A DNA stretch of 64,000 nt, from contig DDBL01000133.1 of the NCBI GenBank assembly GCA_002333425.1, positions 5,740 to 69,739 of the forward strand, written 5' to 3'. This document shows positions 1 to 8,658 of this stretch, in pieces; position 1 is the first letter of the stretch; every line of letters begins with the position of its first letter. This stretch comes from Leptospiraceae bacterium UBA2033 (GTDB taxonomy: Bacteria; Spirochaetota; Leptospiria; Leptospirales; Leptospiraceae). The notes below the pieces were generated by a model, which was not told where the DNA came from, ran no database searches, and was given only the letters and a program-made list of their open reading frames with translations. Position numbers and translations under genes: made by a program.

Positions 1-2
1 TC

Positions 3-269
3 ACTTATCGTGCAGCTCGTATGTCTGATGCAAATGATCCTAACCTAGCAAAATACTCTGCAATCGCTAAAGCATTCACCTCTGAAGGTGCAATGAAATG
101 TGCGTTAGACGCAGTGCAAATCTATGGTGGGTATGGTTATACCAAAGAATATCCAGTTGAAAAACTAATGCGTGATGCTAAGATTCTTTGTATCTTTGAA
201 GGAACAACTCAAATCCAAAAGAACGAAATCGCAGCTTACGTAACGAAAGAAGCAGCTTCCGGAAAATAA
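3..269 (+). CDS. Acyl-CoA dehydrogenase, C-terminal fragment (5' end outside window)
   Basis: The frame is open from the window edge. The C-terminal ACAD-like sequence is [34 protein letters not shown]. Confidence 0.85.
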   Translation, partial: TYRAARMSDANDPNLAKYSAIAKAFTSEGAMKCALDAVQIYGGYGYTKEYPVEKLMRDAKILCIFEGTTQIQKNEIAAYVTKEAASGK

Positions 270-279
270 ATATTTCTTT

Positions 280-356
280 GGGGCGTTGCGGCGCATTGTC
301 GTCGTAGGGGTTGAATATATTCAACCCCTACGTTTTTGTAAACAGCCGCCGCGCTC
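280..356 (+). repeat. GC-clamped extended hairpin element, copy 1
   Basis: Layout is GGGGCG..GCGGCG, then the hairpin GTAGGGGTTGAA/TTCAACCCCTAC (304-331), then CCGCCGCGCTC. It starts 11 nt after the upstream stop codon. The same architecture occurs at 13001-13079 (inverted) and 36232-36312. Confidence 0.7.
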
Positions 357-964
357 TCATTCTGGTCATGTTTTTTCAAGAAGATAAAAAAACATGACCC
401 CATTCGATCGCTAACGCGAGCTTTCTCGAATACAGCGAACAGATAAACGATTATCATTTTTCCTTGGGAATTGCTCCAATCACTTGCGTTAGAACCCAAA
501 CCTATTTTTGATTCTCTCTTAGGCAAAAAACAATTTTCTATACAAACTAATAGCAAGCTAATCGGTATTAACCATTTCATTCATTCAAAGTATGTTAATA
601 TTTTTCTGAGTAAACAAATTTTTAAGAGATTGGTTTACTTTTAAATGGTTTATTAGAAGGACTCAGTGATTGTCAATAAGCGGAGACTCGCACTGATCTT
701 CGCATTTGTTCACACTAGAAAATTCTGGCAATATCCGTGGCGACGTATTGAATTACTCTTGGGTAATATTAAAAATACACATACCCCATTTCTACCTATA
801 TTAAACATTCTTAAACATATCGGAAATTAGCCGAGCGGGTCAGTCTAAACTTTAGTAATATGTCAAGATGTCCGATTTGAGGTCAAAACGATCTCTGCTA
901 GTATTGTATTTTATCTTGCAATTATTTGCTAAACTAGAAAACTAACATTCACGGGAGAATTTTA

Positions 965-2902
965 ATGATTAATAAGAATCTCAAACAGGTAGGTTTTATC
1001 CTCCTGATTATTTTACTTGTCCTCTATGGTCTTTACAAAGGTGAGAGACCAGAAAATAGGGTAGAGGAAATTTCCTATTCTGACTTTTTAAATATGATCG
1101 AGCCAGCAGATGGCATTAAGCCCATTGGAAAAATTGTAATCAATCCAGAGGGTAAGAACAAAAAACTCATTACTGTAGATAAAGAGGTAATTGAAGGATG
1201 GTTTGAGGATGCAAAGGACAAACGTATCAAACCGTTTAAGACAATTGTTGCTCCATTAACTGTTGATGTTCTTGGAAAACTTCGTAAGTCTAATCTAACT
1301 TTTATCGCAAAATCAAACGAAGAAAATCGTTTTTTAAATGCAATCACAGCTATCATTCCATGGCTTCTCATCATTGGAGTTGTTTGGTTTATCATGATGA
1401 AACAAATTCAATCGACTGGTAACAAGGCATTTAGCTTTGGAAAAAGTAAAGCTAAGATGAATATGGACCCCAAAGTTAAGGTTACATTCGCTGATGTAGC
1501 TGGTTGTGATGAGGCTAAGACTGAGTTGTCTGAGATGATTGATTTTTTAAAAGATCCTAAAAAGTTCCAAGCAATTGGGGCTAGAATTCCAACTGGAGTT
1601 TTATTAGTAGGTCCTCCTGGAACAGGTAAAACGTTATTAGCCAGAGCTGTTGCTGGTGAGTCAGGTGTTCCATTTTTTAGCATTTCTGGTTCTGATTTCG
1701 TAGAAATGTTCGTGGGGGTTGGTGCTTCTCGTGTTCGGGATTTATTTGAACAAGGCAAAAAAAATGCTCCTTGTATTATTTTCATTGATGAGATTGATGC
1801 AGTTGGTCGTCTTCGTGGTGCTGGTCTTGGTGGTGGACACGATGAAAGAGAACAAACTCTCAATCAAATGTTAGTCGAAATGGATGGTTTTGAGGCTAAC
1901 GAAGGTGTAATCGTAATCGCAGCTACAAACAGAGCTGATGTTCTTGATCCTGCTTTACTTCGTCCAGGTCGTTTTGATAGACAGGTAATTGTGGATTTGC
2001 CGGATGTAAAAGGCAGAGAAGCAATTCTAAACGTACACACCAAAAAAGTTCCTCTTACCAGTGATATTTCTCTGAATTCTATCGCTCGTGGAACCCCAGG
2101 ATTTACAGGAGCGGATCTTGCAAATTTAATCAATGAGGCAGCGCTTCTTGCAGCTCGTAAAAACAAAAAACGAGTTACACAGGAAGAATTAGAAGATGCT
2201 CGTGATAAAGTAATGATGGGACCAGAGCGAAAATCTTTTTTCATCACTGACAAAGAAAAAGAAGTTATCGCTTACCATGAAGCAGGTCATGCGATTCTTG
2301 CAACCCTTCTTCCTTACACAGAGCCTGTGCACAAAGTCACTATTATCCCCCGTGGAAGAGCATTGGGGTTAACACAGTCTTTGCCGGCAGAAGAAAAACA
2401 CATTCATCCAAAAAAATATTGGTTAGATCAAATTGTAATGGCTATGGGTGGATTTATTGCTGAAGAGCTACAATTTGGAAATACTTCCACAGGTTCAAGT
2501 AACGACATCCAACATGCAACAAACATCGCTCGTAAAATGGTTTGTGAATGGGGAATGTCTGAAAAACTAGGAACAGTAAATTACAACGGGGCTAATGATC
2601 AAGTATTCGTTGGACGCGATATGGGTCATGCGTCTAATAAGTATTATTCTGAACAATTTGCCGCGCTGATTGATGAGGAAGTTCGCTCTATTGTGCAAAC
2701 AAGCCTGAATAAAGGAAGAGAACTTTGTAAGAAAAATTACAAAAAGTTGGAGCAAATCGCTAAGGCACTTCTTGTGCAGGAGATTATTACTCATGATGAA
2801 TTGATGGCGATTGTCTCCCCTTCTAATCCTAAGGGGGCTAATAGCGAAAAGCCATCTAAATCTACAAAATCTAATGGAGAATTAAATCCAGCTTTAACCT
2901 AA
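965..2902 (+). CDS. ftsH: ATP-dependent zinc metalloprotease FtsH
   Basis: 645 aa with an N-terminal TM pair, Walker A GPPGTGKT, Walker B IIFIDEID and the zinc site HEAGH. An RBS GGGAGA precedes the ATG. Confidence 0.97.
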   Translation: MINKNLKQVGFILLIILLVLYGLYKGERPENRVEEISYSDFLNMIEPADGIKPIGKIVINPEGKNKKLITVDKEVIEGWFEDAKDKRIKPFKTIVAPLTVDVLGKLRKSNLTFIAKSNEENRFLNAITAIIPWLLIIGVVWFIMMKQIQSTGNKAFSFGKSKAKMNMDPKVKVTFADVAGCDEAKTELSEMIDFLKDPKKFQAIGARIPTGVLLVGPPGTGKTLLARAVAGESGVPFFSISGSDFVEMFVGVGASRVRDLFEQGKKNAPCIIFIDEIDAVGRLRGAGLGGGHDEREQTLNQMLVEMDGFEANEGVIVIAATNRADVLDPALLRPGRFDRQVIVDLPDVKGREAILNVHTKKVPLTSDISLNSIARGTPGFTGADLANLINEAALLAARKNKKRVTQEELEDARDKVMMGPERKSFFITDKEKEVIAYHEAGHAILATLLPYTEPVHKVTIIPRGRALGLTQSLPAEEKHIHPKKYWLDQIVMAMGGFIAEELQFGNTSTGSSNDIQHATNIARKMVCEWGMSEKLGTVNYNGANDQVFVGRDMGHASNKYYSEQFAALIDEEVRSIVQTSLNKGRELCKKNYKKLEQIAKALLVQEIITHDELMAIVSPSNPKGANSEKPSKSTKSNGELNPALT

Positions 2903-2904
2903 TT

Positions 2905-4350
2905 ATGGCAAAGGGTAATCCACAAAGATTTTCAAGTGATATCTTAATTACTACTCAGTTGCATATCAGCTCGATTGAAAACATTCGGGCTGTGCTTTTT
3001 GGTTCTAATTTGTCTGCGGAAGCCAAAGAGATCATTGATAGTCAAAAAGAAGATATCCAAATCCAACTAGACGAAATCCAATCGACTTATTCTAAATTCA
3101 TTCAGCGACTTGCGGGTAAGGCGATGAAGGATGAGGTCGAAAAACAAGCATCTGAGTTGTTTCCAGACGAAGATGTTCAACCCCAAGAAATTGAATTTGT
3201 AAAACTAAAGATTATATATGAGAATTTATCTTCTTTTTTAAGGGGAGTTGAGACAGCTTGGAATAATATAATTGGAATGTCTAAAGTTTTTGCTACATAC
3301 CCAATCACAAAACCACTTTATGAAAAAATAGAAAGAGAAAATTTAAGTCTTATCAATATATTAAATGATGATACTCGTGCGTTATTAAAGTTAATTGAAA
3401 CTACTTTTGATTGTCATATAGTTGGTTCATCTAAATCTGACAAACGGCTAATGGTGAGTAATCTCATATTTGATGATGGAAAAGATTATTCCTTTCAAAG
3501 TTTATTCAAAAACTTACAACCATTAGCTGCTGCTCCCGTACAGTCTGTTCCCAAACTTTCGGAAAGACTCGGTATGTCTAAAAATAAAGTTCCATCTCAA
3601 GAGACAGACTATTATTATACGACTATTAAAGGAACTAAGGAATGGAATCGAAATGATGCTTACATTCTATATGTTAAAAAAGATGATCTGAAAGAAGAAG
3701 AAAAGAAGTTTTATAGTTCGAGTTTTGTAATTTTAAATCCATCAGAAAATGTTCACATTAATTTAGCTGCCGCTCTCGTTCGTAAAAACATGGGGCATTC
3801 TGCAGCACCAAAATACAATAAGATGTTGCAGACTTTACTTGATTTTGCTGTGACTAATTTATTTTCAAAAGACTTTGTGGATCTTTGTGATGATACATAT
3901 ACATTTCTCTATCACATCGGTCCGATTGTAATTTATAACATCATCCAAGAAGATTTGGTCAGAAGAGATTTTGGATATTGTCATTATGTAGAAAATAATA
4001 AGATAATAAAATTCTTACCTGAGTGTATTATTAAAAAACATATTATAGATTTTTGGGCTGATAAGTTTTTTGATTTAAAATCATCAAGTGTGGATGCTTA
4101 TATTAATTACTCTAAAGGAGTATCTAATATTAGAGAATCCTATAAAAATTTCTTTGAATACGCAGCATCAACTCGTAAGAGAATTACAAATGATCCATTG
4201 ACTATTGAAGAATACATGAGAGAAAATGTTGGAAAGTTTTTTGGTCATAGAAGAGCGCAGGTTTATAGACGTTTTGTACCTGATAATGTATTTGGACTTA
4301 TGCCTGAAATTAATTCTACAGAGTTAGCAAACAAATTCAAGTCTCGTTAA
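2905..4350 (+). CDS. Hypothetical protein (481 aa)
   Basis: A long ORF starting 2 nt after the ftsH stop with coding-like composition. I recognise no motif. Confidence 0.6.
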   Translation: MAKGNPQRFSSDILITTQLHISSIENIRAVLFGSNLSAEAKEIIDSQKEDIQIQLDEIQSTYSKFIQRLAGKAMKDEVEKQASELFPDEDVQPQEIEFVKLKIIYENLSSFLRGVETAWNNIIGMSKVFATYPITKPLYEKIERENLSLINILNDDTRALLKLIETTFDCHIVGSSKSDKRLMVSNLIFDDGKDYSFQSLFKNLQPLAAAPVQSVPKLSERLGMSKNKVPSQETDYYYTTIKGTKEWNRNDAYILYVKKDDLKEEEKKFYSSSFVILNPSENVHINLAAALVRKNMGHSAAPKYNKMLQTLLDFAVTNLFSKDFVDLCDDTYTFLYHIGPIVIYNIIQEDLVRRDFGYCHYVENNKIIKFLPECIIKKHIIDFWADKFFDLKSSSVDAYINYSKGVSNIRESYKNFFEYAASTRKRITNDPLTIEEYMRENVGKFFGHRRAQVYRRFVPDNVFGLMPEINSTELANKFKSR

Positions 4351-4351
4351 T

Positions 4352-4900
4352 ATGCCTACCATCTTTTCTCATGGCATTGCTGCATTATCCGCAGCGAGTA
4401 TTTTTAAAACTAAATTTGATAAATCGAAGTTTTACTTACTTGTATTATTTTGTTCTTTGATTCCTGATGCTGATGTAATTGCTTTTCCGTTAGGTATTCC
4501 GTATGCACATTGGTTGGGGCATAGAGGGATTACCCACTCGATTTTATTTTCAGTTCTATTTCCTATACCAATTTTATTTATTTTTTATCGTTTTGTTCCA
4601 GTGTTTACACTTCGTTACCTGCTATTATGGTTTGTGTTTTTTTTATCTACGTTATCTCATGCGCTTTTGGATGCACTTACGAATGGAGGACTTGGAGTTT
4701 GTTTGTATTGTCCTTTTAATGTCGATCGATTTTTCTTTGACTTTAGACCAATTCAAGTTTCTCCTATTGGTAAACGATTTTTTTCAGAAGCAGGTCTTCG
4801 TGTTTTACAATCTGAATTTGTTTGGATTTGGATTCCTTCTATTATATTTTTTGGTGTATCAAATTTTCTCAAACTAATACTGGATCAAAGAAGAAAGTAA
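4352..4900 (+). CDS. Membrane-bound metal-dependent hydrolase, YdjM/YbcI (DUF457) family
   Basis: 182 aa and multi-TM. It has N-terminal FSHG, PDADV and GHRGITHS motifs typical of DUF457. It starts 1 nt after the upstream stop. Confidence 0.7.
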   Translation: MPTIFSHGIAALSAASIFKTKFDKSKFYLLVLFCSLIPDADVIAFPLGIPYAHWLGHRGITHSILFSVLFPIPILFIFYRFVPVFTLRYLLLWFVFFLSTLSHALLDALTNGGLGVCLYCPFNVDRFFFDFRPIQVSPIGKRFFSEAGLRVLQSEFVWIWIPSIIFFGVSNFLKLILDQRRK

Positions 4901-4928
4901 TCATATCATTTCTCAAAAAGAATTGCGT

Positions 4929-4949
4929 CTTACATCGAGTTCACGTTAA
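4929..4949. repeat. Solo terminal-repeat copy of the MITE-like element at 43715-43928
   Basis: CTTACATCGAGTTCACGTTAA is 21/21 identical to the reverse complement of 43715-43735. It lies between two convergent stop codons. Confidence 0.75.
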
Positions 4950-4974
4950 ATAAAGTTATAGATAAGTTGTAATT

Positions 4975-6252
4975 CTAGAACGAAGCCTGGAAACGAAAGT
5001 TAAATAATGAATTTGTTCCCATTTGAGGACCATTTAAGTGTTGGTAAATTGGTTTTCCAATTTCAAACCCAGCTTTCATTTTTTCAGAAAAAGAGGGAAA
5101 ATAGAAGTTAACCCCTCCTAATAAATCTATCCTTCTTCCTCCTTGTCGATTTGGATCATTTTGTGGATCCATCGTTGGGTCTAGGTTTGGATCGGCTCCT
5201 GATATATTGTCCCATTTAGAGGACGTTATGCGCAATGTAGGAGCAAGCCAATTAAGTAAAAGATAAGAAGTCCACAGTGAAAATTCATAACGATTTCCGA
5301 ATCGATACCCATTGTCATTTTTACCATTTCGAAGTGTAACTTGAACAAAACTACCTAGTGAAAATTTTTCTTTTTTGAATATATAGCTAATTGCTGGAAT
5401 TGTATTATAGGTTCCTGTTCCCATTTGCATATTGTAGGGTGATTTTACTTTTCCCATCAGAGGCATTGTATTTTTTTCATCAATAGATCCTGTTGGTATT
5501 GTAATTCCTAACTGAACATTGATAGTATGGGATTCTTTTTCTAATAATTTATGAGCGAGTGTGAGTCCTATATCTCCAATTCCTTGTGTTCTCATAAATG
5601 ATTTTTCTAAATTTCCTGAGATCATCTGCATACTATTATTCATATAAGGTAGCATAATCATGATTGCTGTTTTGTCTGATATATTTTTCATGAGGCTAAT
5701 CATTGTCATCTCCATCTTCATCGCTACAGGCATAGACATATACCGATAGGAATTTGGATTGAGAGAGGCTACGTAGTATGAAGGTAAAGGATCTGGTGTC
5801 GTTGAAGTATTGGTCGTTGTTCCTGAGTGATCATGAATAGCCCCTGTCCCTAACTGGCTGGATGGAATTGAGCCTATTGTAGGATTATATTCAATACCCG
5901 CTAGATATTTATTTGGATCTTCTACGTTATTTCCATTGTAAAGAGAACGCATATCCATTTGCATATACATATAATCTACCATCCAATCATTCGAATTGTG
6001 TATATGGGGAAGCATTAGCCCAGCCGGGGTCATCATTGGCTCCGAATGTATATGCGGATTACTTGGCGTAACTGCTTTCTCCTTTGTGGTTTTTGTTTCT
6101 TCTAATTGTTTGACCGTAGATTTTGATTCGTCTTGGTGTTGCGGATATTTGTGGTTATGCCCTTCATGGCTTTGTCCCAGTAAAGAAAAACACGAAAGTA
6201 TGAGAATGTAACCCAAGTATATTATGGTTCGATACATTTTTTTTTGTAACAT
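4975..6252 (-). CDS. Outer-membrane beta-barrel protein with His/Met-rich N-terminal region
   Basis: Has a signal peptide; start chosen at MLQKKMYRT (6252). The mature N-terminus is HEGHNHKYPQHQ...HIHSEPMMTPAGLMLPHIHN...MYMQMDM. The body alternates in beta-strand fashion and ends with C-terminal ...FRFQASF. Confidence 0.65.
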   Translation of the reverse strand: MLQKKMYRTIIYLGYILILSCFSLLGQSHEGHNHKYPQHQDESKSTVKQLEETKTTKEKAVTPSNPHIHSEPMMTPAGLMLPHIHNSNDWMVDYMYMQMDMRSLYNGNNVEDPNKYLAGIEYNPTIGSIPSSQLGTGAIHDHSGTTTNTSTTPDPLPSYYVASLNPNSYRYMSMPVAMKMEMTMISLMKNISDKTAIMIMLPYMNNSMQMISGNLEKSFMRTQGIGDIGLTLAHKLLEKESHTINVQLGITIPTGSIDEKNTMPLMGKVKSPYNMQMGTGTYNTIPAISYIFKKEKFSLGSFVQVTLRNGKNDNGYRFGNRYEFSLWTSYLLLNWLAPTLRITSSKWDNISGADPNLDPTMDPQNDPNRQGGRRIDLLGGVNFYFPSFSEKMKAGFEIGKPIYQHLNGPQMGTNSLFNFRFQASF

Positions 6253-6263
6253 AATTTTTTCCT

Positions 6264-6692
6264 TTATTGATTTGAACCACCGGCAATCCAACAATAGACT
6301 GCTTCATTGATTTGCCGATTGGAATTGCCTGCCATTGCGCCTGTTGTAATTGCAGTATACATTCTGCTAGAACAAGGATTTCCAGGATTTGTAAATGCCT
6401 TAGTTGAATTATAGTCTGTTATATCCAAACCAGATTGTTGTGTGGCTCTAGTATGACAGCCTGACGTTGCGCAACTAACGTTTGTTCCTGCGGCGGCTAA
6501 CTTACTAAAACTAGGAGAGGTTGTACAGTTAAAGCTAGAAGTGCAAGAAGAGGAAGGGATAGAGGAAGATGGTGTCGTTGCTTTTCCTGTATGGTTTAAA
6601 ACTGCTAATGCCAGAGCTTGTTTGTTTGTATTATCATTTGTTTCGTTGCAGTTTACGGCTAATGCAAGTAAAATGGGAATTAGTATTTTCAT
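6264..6692 (-). CDS. Lipoprotein with putative c-type-cytochrome-like (PSCyt-like) domain, CX4CH motif
   Basis: True start MKILIPILLALAVNC at 6692 with RBS GGAGA. It contains the motif SCATSGCH and a C-terminus INEAVYCWIAGG resembling planctomycete-type cytochrome domains. The ORF-track N-terminus (6693-6863) runs through a repeat element. Confidence 0.5.
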   Translation of the reverse strand: MKILIPILLALAVNCNETNDNTNKQALALAVLNHTGKATTPSSSIPSSSCTSSFNCTTSPSFSKLAAAGTNVSCATSGCHTRATQQSGLDITDYNSTKAFTNPGNPCSSRMYTAITTGAMAGNSNRQINEAVYCWIAGGSNQ

Positions 6693-6728
6693 GTCTATTT
6701 CTCCTGATGGACTAAATTTACATATATA

Positions 6729-6804
6729 TGCCACGGAGGCACTGAGTCGCAGAGGGTTGAAATATATATTTATCAAACTCTCCGTGCCTTTGTGCCTCTG
6801 TGGC
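6729..6804. repeat. Inverted pair of TTGCCAC + triple-octamer elements
   Basis: The left arm is TGCCACGGAGGCACTGAGTCGCAGAG (6729-6754). The right arm is CTCCGTGCCTTTGTGCCTCTGTGGCA (6779-6804, reverse orientation). The pair is intergenic inside the minus-strand operon. Confidence 0.8.
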
Positions 6805-6816
6805 AAAATTAATGGT

Positions 6817-8169
6817 TTAATGGGAATGATTGGATGCAGATCCCAGTGTATGAAAGAAAACATTACTAAAACTTCCTTTCAATTCTAGTCTTTGTGTTAC
6901 TGCATTTGTTTCAGAATCTACAGTATACAAAATTCCATCTCCAGCAGGAACGAATATATGCATCATGGAGTCATGATTTACAGATGCAAGATGTCTATGT
7001 CCTGTTTTTGCATCTCCTACTGTGACTTGAGCTAGGAGTGTAAGACTTGGAAGGTTAGACGAATCATAAACTAAAAGTACATTTTGTTTTAAATTGGTAA
7101 CTTGATTGCCTGAACCTGAAAGTGCTGATGCGACATACAAGCGTTTACCGTCAGAGCTAAACATCATATGATCGGGGCTAAGGTCTGTTACATCTATAGT
7201 TGAAAACACATGAGTAGATGCATTTAAAATAGTTACTTTTCCTACAACATGGTTTGTGTCACTTGTTGTGTCTTTTCCTGGAATTGCAATGTATTGTCCA
7301 TTGGGAGATGCTGTTGACGGACCAGATTTTCCAGTAGCAATAGTTTCCATTGTTAGACTTGATGGGTTAACAGCGATTACACTTCCGGCAGATTGTGCGG
7401 ATATATATACTTTGCCAGAGACTGAAGAGTAACTAAAACCATGTGGTCCCGCTCCTGTTCCTAAATTTAGTGTGCTAATTACAGTCAGATAATTACTGCT
7501 AGTTGGTTCATTGTCAATTATAGAAATCGAATTGTCTGTGATATTACTAACAAACGCTCTCTTAGGACTTGTTGTAAAAATTGCTTTGTGATGTCCCTTA
7601 CCAACACATAGATGTTTGATTAAGCTTGCAGTATCTGCATCTGCTGCTCCTTTTACTCCATCTTGAATGACCGTAACAGAGGATACTCCAAGTGTATTAC
7701 ACGCATAATTAACATTATCCACACCTGCATTTCCATCATTCATTGTCCAAATTTTCCCATCTGGATCTTGGTAGACATGGACTGGACGACTTCCTGTGTC
7801 AATGTACTTCGCAAGTTTTGCTCCTGATGTTGCAATATTGATGACTGCAACTTTGTTTGAGTTTGTTAGGTTGGCGAAAATATGATCGTTCGTTGTAGCC
7901 TTAGAATCTCCAGGGTTTGAGTCTAACACAACGTTGCTTATAAAAGTATTTGCACCGGAGTTATGGGCGATAACGCTTAGATAGGGCATCGTTGTGTCTA
8001 GATTCGGAACAAACAGGTAGGAAGAATTACTGATTGTTTTGGGAATTAAACCTGCCAGACCAAGGATTGTTTGGTTGTTATTATTTGTATTTTTTTTCTC
8101 AGATCCTGTAAAGGTAAGGCTACAGGATATACTTTGTAGAATGAGCAGTGCTATTAATATTGGTTTCAT
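6817..8169 (-). CDS. Beta-propeller (YVTN/lactonase-like repeat) lipoprotein
   Basis: Start MKPILIALLILQSISC at 8169 with RBS GAGGAG. Periodic ~40-aa repeats are rich in G/S/T/V (e.g. ...GKIWTMNDGN..., ...GKVYISAQSAG..., ...GKRLYVASALSG...). The C-terminus is SNHSH. Confidence 0.6.
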   Translation of the reverse strand: MKPILIALLILQSISCSLTFTGSEKKNTNNNNQTILGLAGLIPKTISNSSYLFVPNLDTTMPYLSVIAHNSGANTFISNVVLDSNPGDSKATTNDHIFANLTNSNKVAVINIATSGAKLAKYIDTGSRPVHVYQDPDGKIWTMNDGNAGVDNVNYACNTLGVSSVTVIQDGVKGAADADTASLIKHLCVGKGHHKAIFTTSPKRAFVSNITDNSISIIDNEPTSSNYLTVISTLNLGTGAGPHGFSYSSVSGKVYISAQSAGSVIAVNPSSLTMETIATGKSGPSTASPNGQYIAIPGKDTTSDTNHVVGKVTILNASTHVFSTIDVTDLSPDHMMFSSDGKRLYVASALSGSGNQVTNLKQNVLLVYDSSNLPSLTLLAQVTVGDAKTGHRHLASVNHDSMMHIFVPAGDGILYTVDSETNAVTQRLELKGSFSNVFFHTLGSASNHSH

Positions 8170-8210
8170 AAAAATCTCCTCAGATTTCAATGGCTAATTT
8201 TATTTAGCCG

Positions 8211-8252
8211 TATTTTGTGGCAAATTTGAATTTGCCTTGTAATCGGTGTTAT
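8211..8252 (-). promoter_or_regulatory. Conserved 42-nt promoter/operator block, copy A
   Basis: The minus-strand sequence is ATAACACCGA-TTACAA-GGCAAATTcaAATTTGCCa-CAAAAT-A. That gives a -35 at 8242-8237, a 19-nt spacer containing an 8-bp dyad, and a -10 at 8217-8212. It is 41/42 identical to 12949-12990, and similarity ends right after the -10. Confidence 0.55.
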
Positions 8253-8265
8253 TTTTTGATGTGAG

Positions 8266-8658
8266 CTAACTGAATCGAGGAGGTTTAATTAGTGTTAGCT
8301 GGTAACCTTTAAGATTTGAAATTAAATTTGAAATTGGAAAAATATGTTGGGTTAGTTGAATTGTAAAGTTTGAAAAATTGTAAGATGGCAGAGTGAAAGT
8401 TTGCTTTAACAAATTAGAGAGTTCGTTTGGATTTTTAGTTTTCTTACAAGAGCAGATATGAACTGCCTTGTTTATGTCATGACAATCTGATTTTGCATAA
8501 GACTTAAAATGGGCTTCTTTTTTTGAATTGTGGTTACAGATACATACTTGCCTAACTTTTCGCATAAAACAAAGTCCTGAATCATAAATCAAACTTTGTG
8601 ATAGAACGGCAGAAATAATAATACAAGTAAAAACTGATTTTTTAATCACTTTCTGCAT
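8266..8658 (-). CDS. Small membrane-anchored Cys/His-rich protein, paralog A (130 aa)
   Basis: Start taken at MQKVIKKS by alignment with paralog B. It has a hydrophobic N-terminus and motifs CICNH, DCHD and HICSC. It shares 97/130 identical residues with 13083-13475 (hand count). Confidence 0.7.
   Translation of the reverse strand: MQKVIKKSVFTCIIISAVLSQSLIYDSGLCFMRKVRQVCICNHNSKKEAHFKSYAKSDCHDINKAVHICSCKKTKNPNELSNLLKQTFTLPSYNFSNFTIQLTQHIFPISNLISNLKGYQLTLIKPPRFS

Noticed and set aside
236-580. A 114-aa minus-strand ORF.
   Set aside because: It overlaps the end of the acyl-CoA dehydrogenase gene and reads through the GC-clamped hairpin repeat. It has no RBS and no recognisable motif, so it is probably spurious.
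1075-2253. Three antisense ORFs (106, 151 and 129 aa) inside ftsH.
   Set aside because: They lie entirely within, and opposite to, a highly conserved gene. Their Ser/Pro/Arg-rich composition is typical of antisense frames.
4503-4877. A 124-aa ORF in an alternative frame of the DUF457 gene.
   Set aside because: It lies on the same strand, fully nested in the gene. Its Phe/Leu-rich composition reflects T-rich codons of a membrane protein gene read out of frame.
6693-6863. A 57-aa N-terminal extension of the CX4CH lipoprotein ORF.
   Set aside because: It translates the triple-octamer repeat pair (PQRHKGTE..., LRLSASVA). A good RBS and a lipoprotein signal begin at 6692.
8219-8236. A sigma54 (-24/-12) promoter reading of GGCAAATTCAAATTTGCC.
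   Set aside because: The GG to GC spacing is 3 nt longer than the TGGCAC-N5-TTGC consensus, and the flanking bases do not match.
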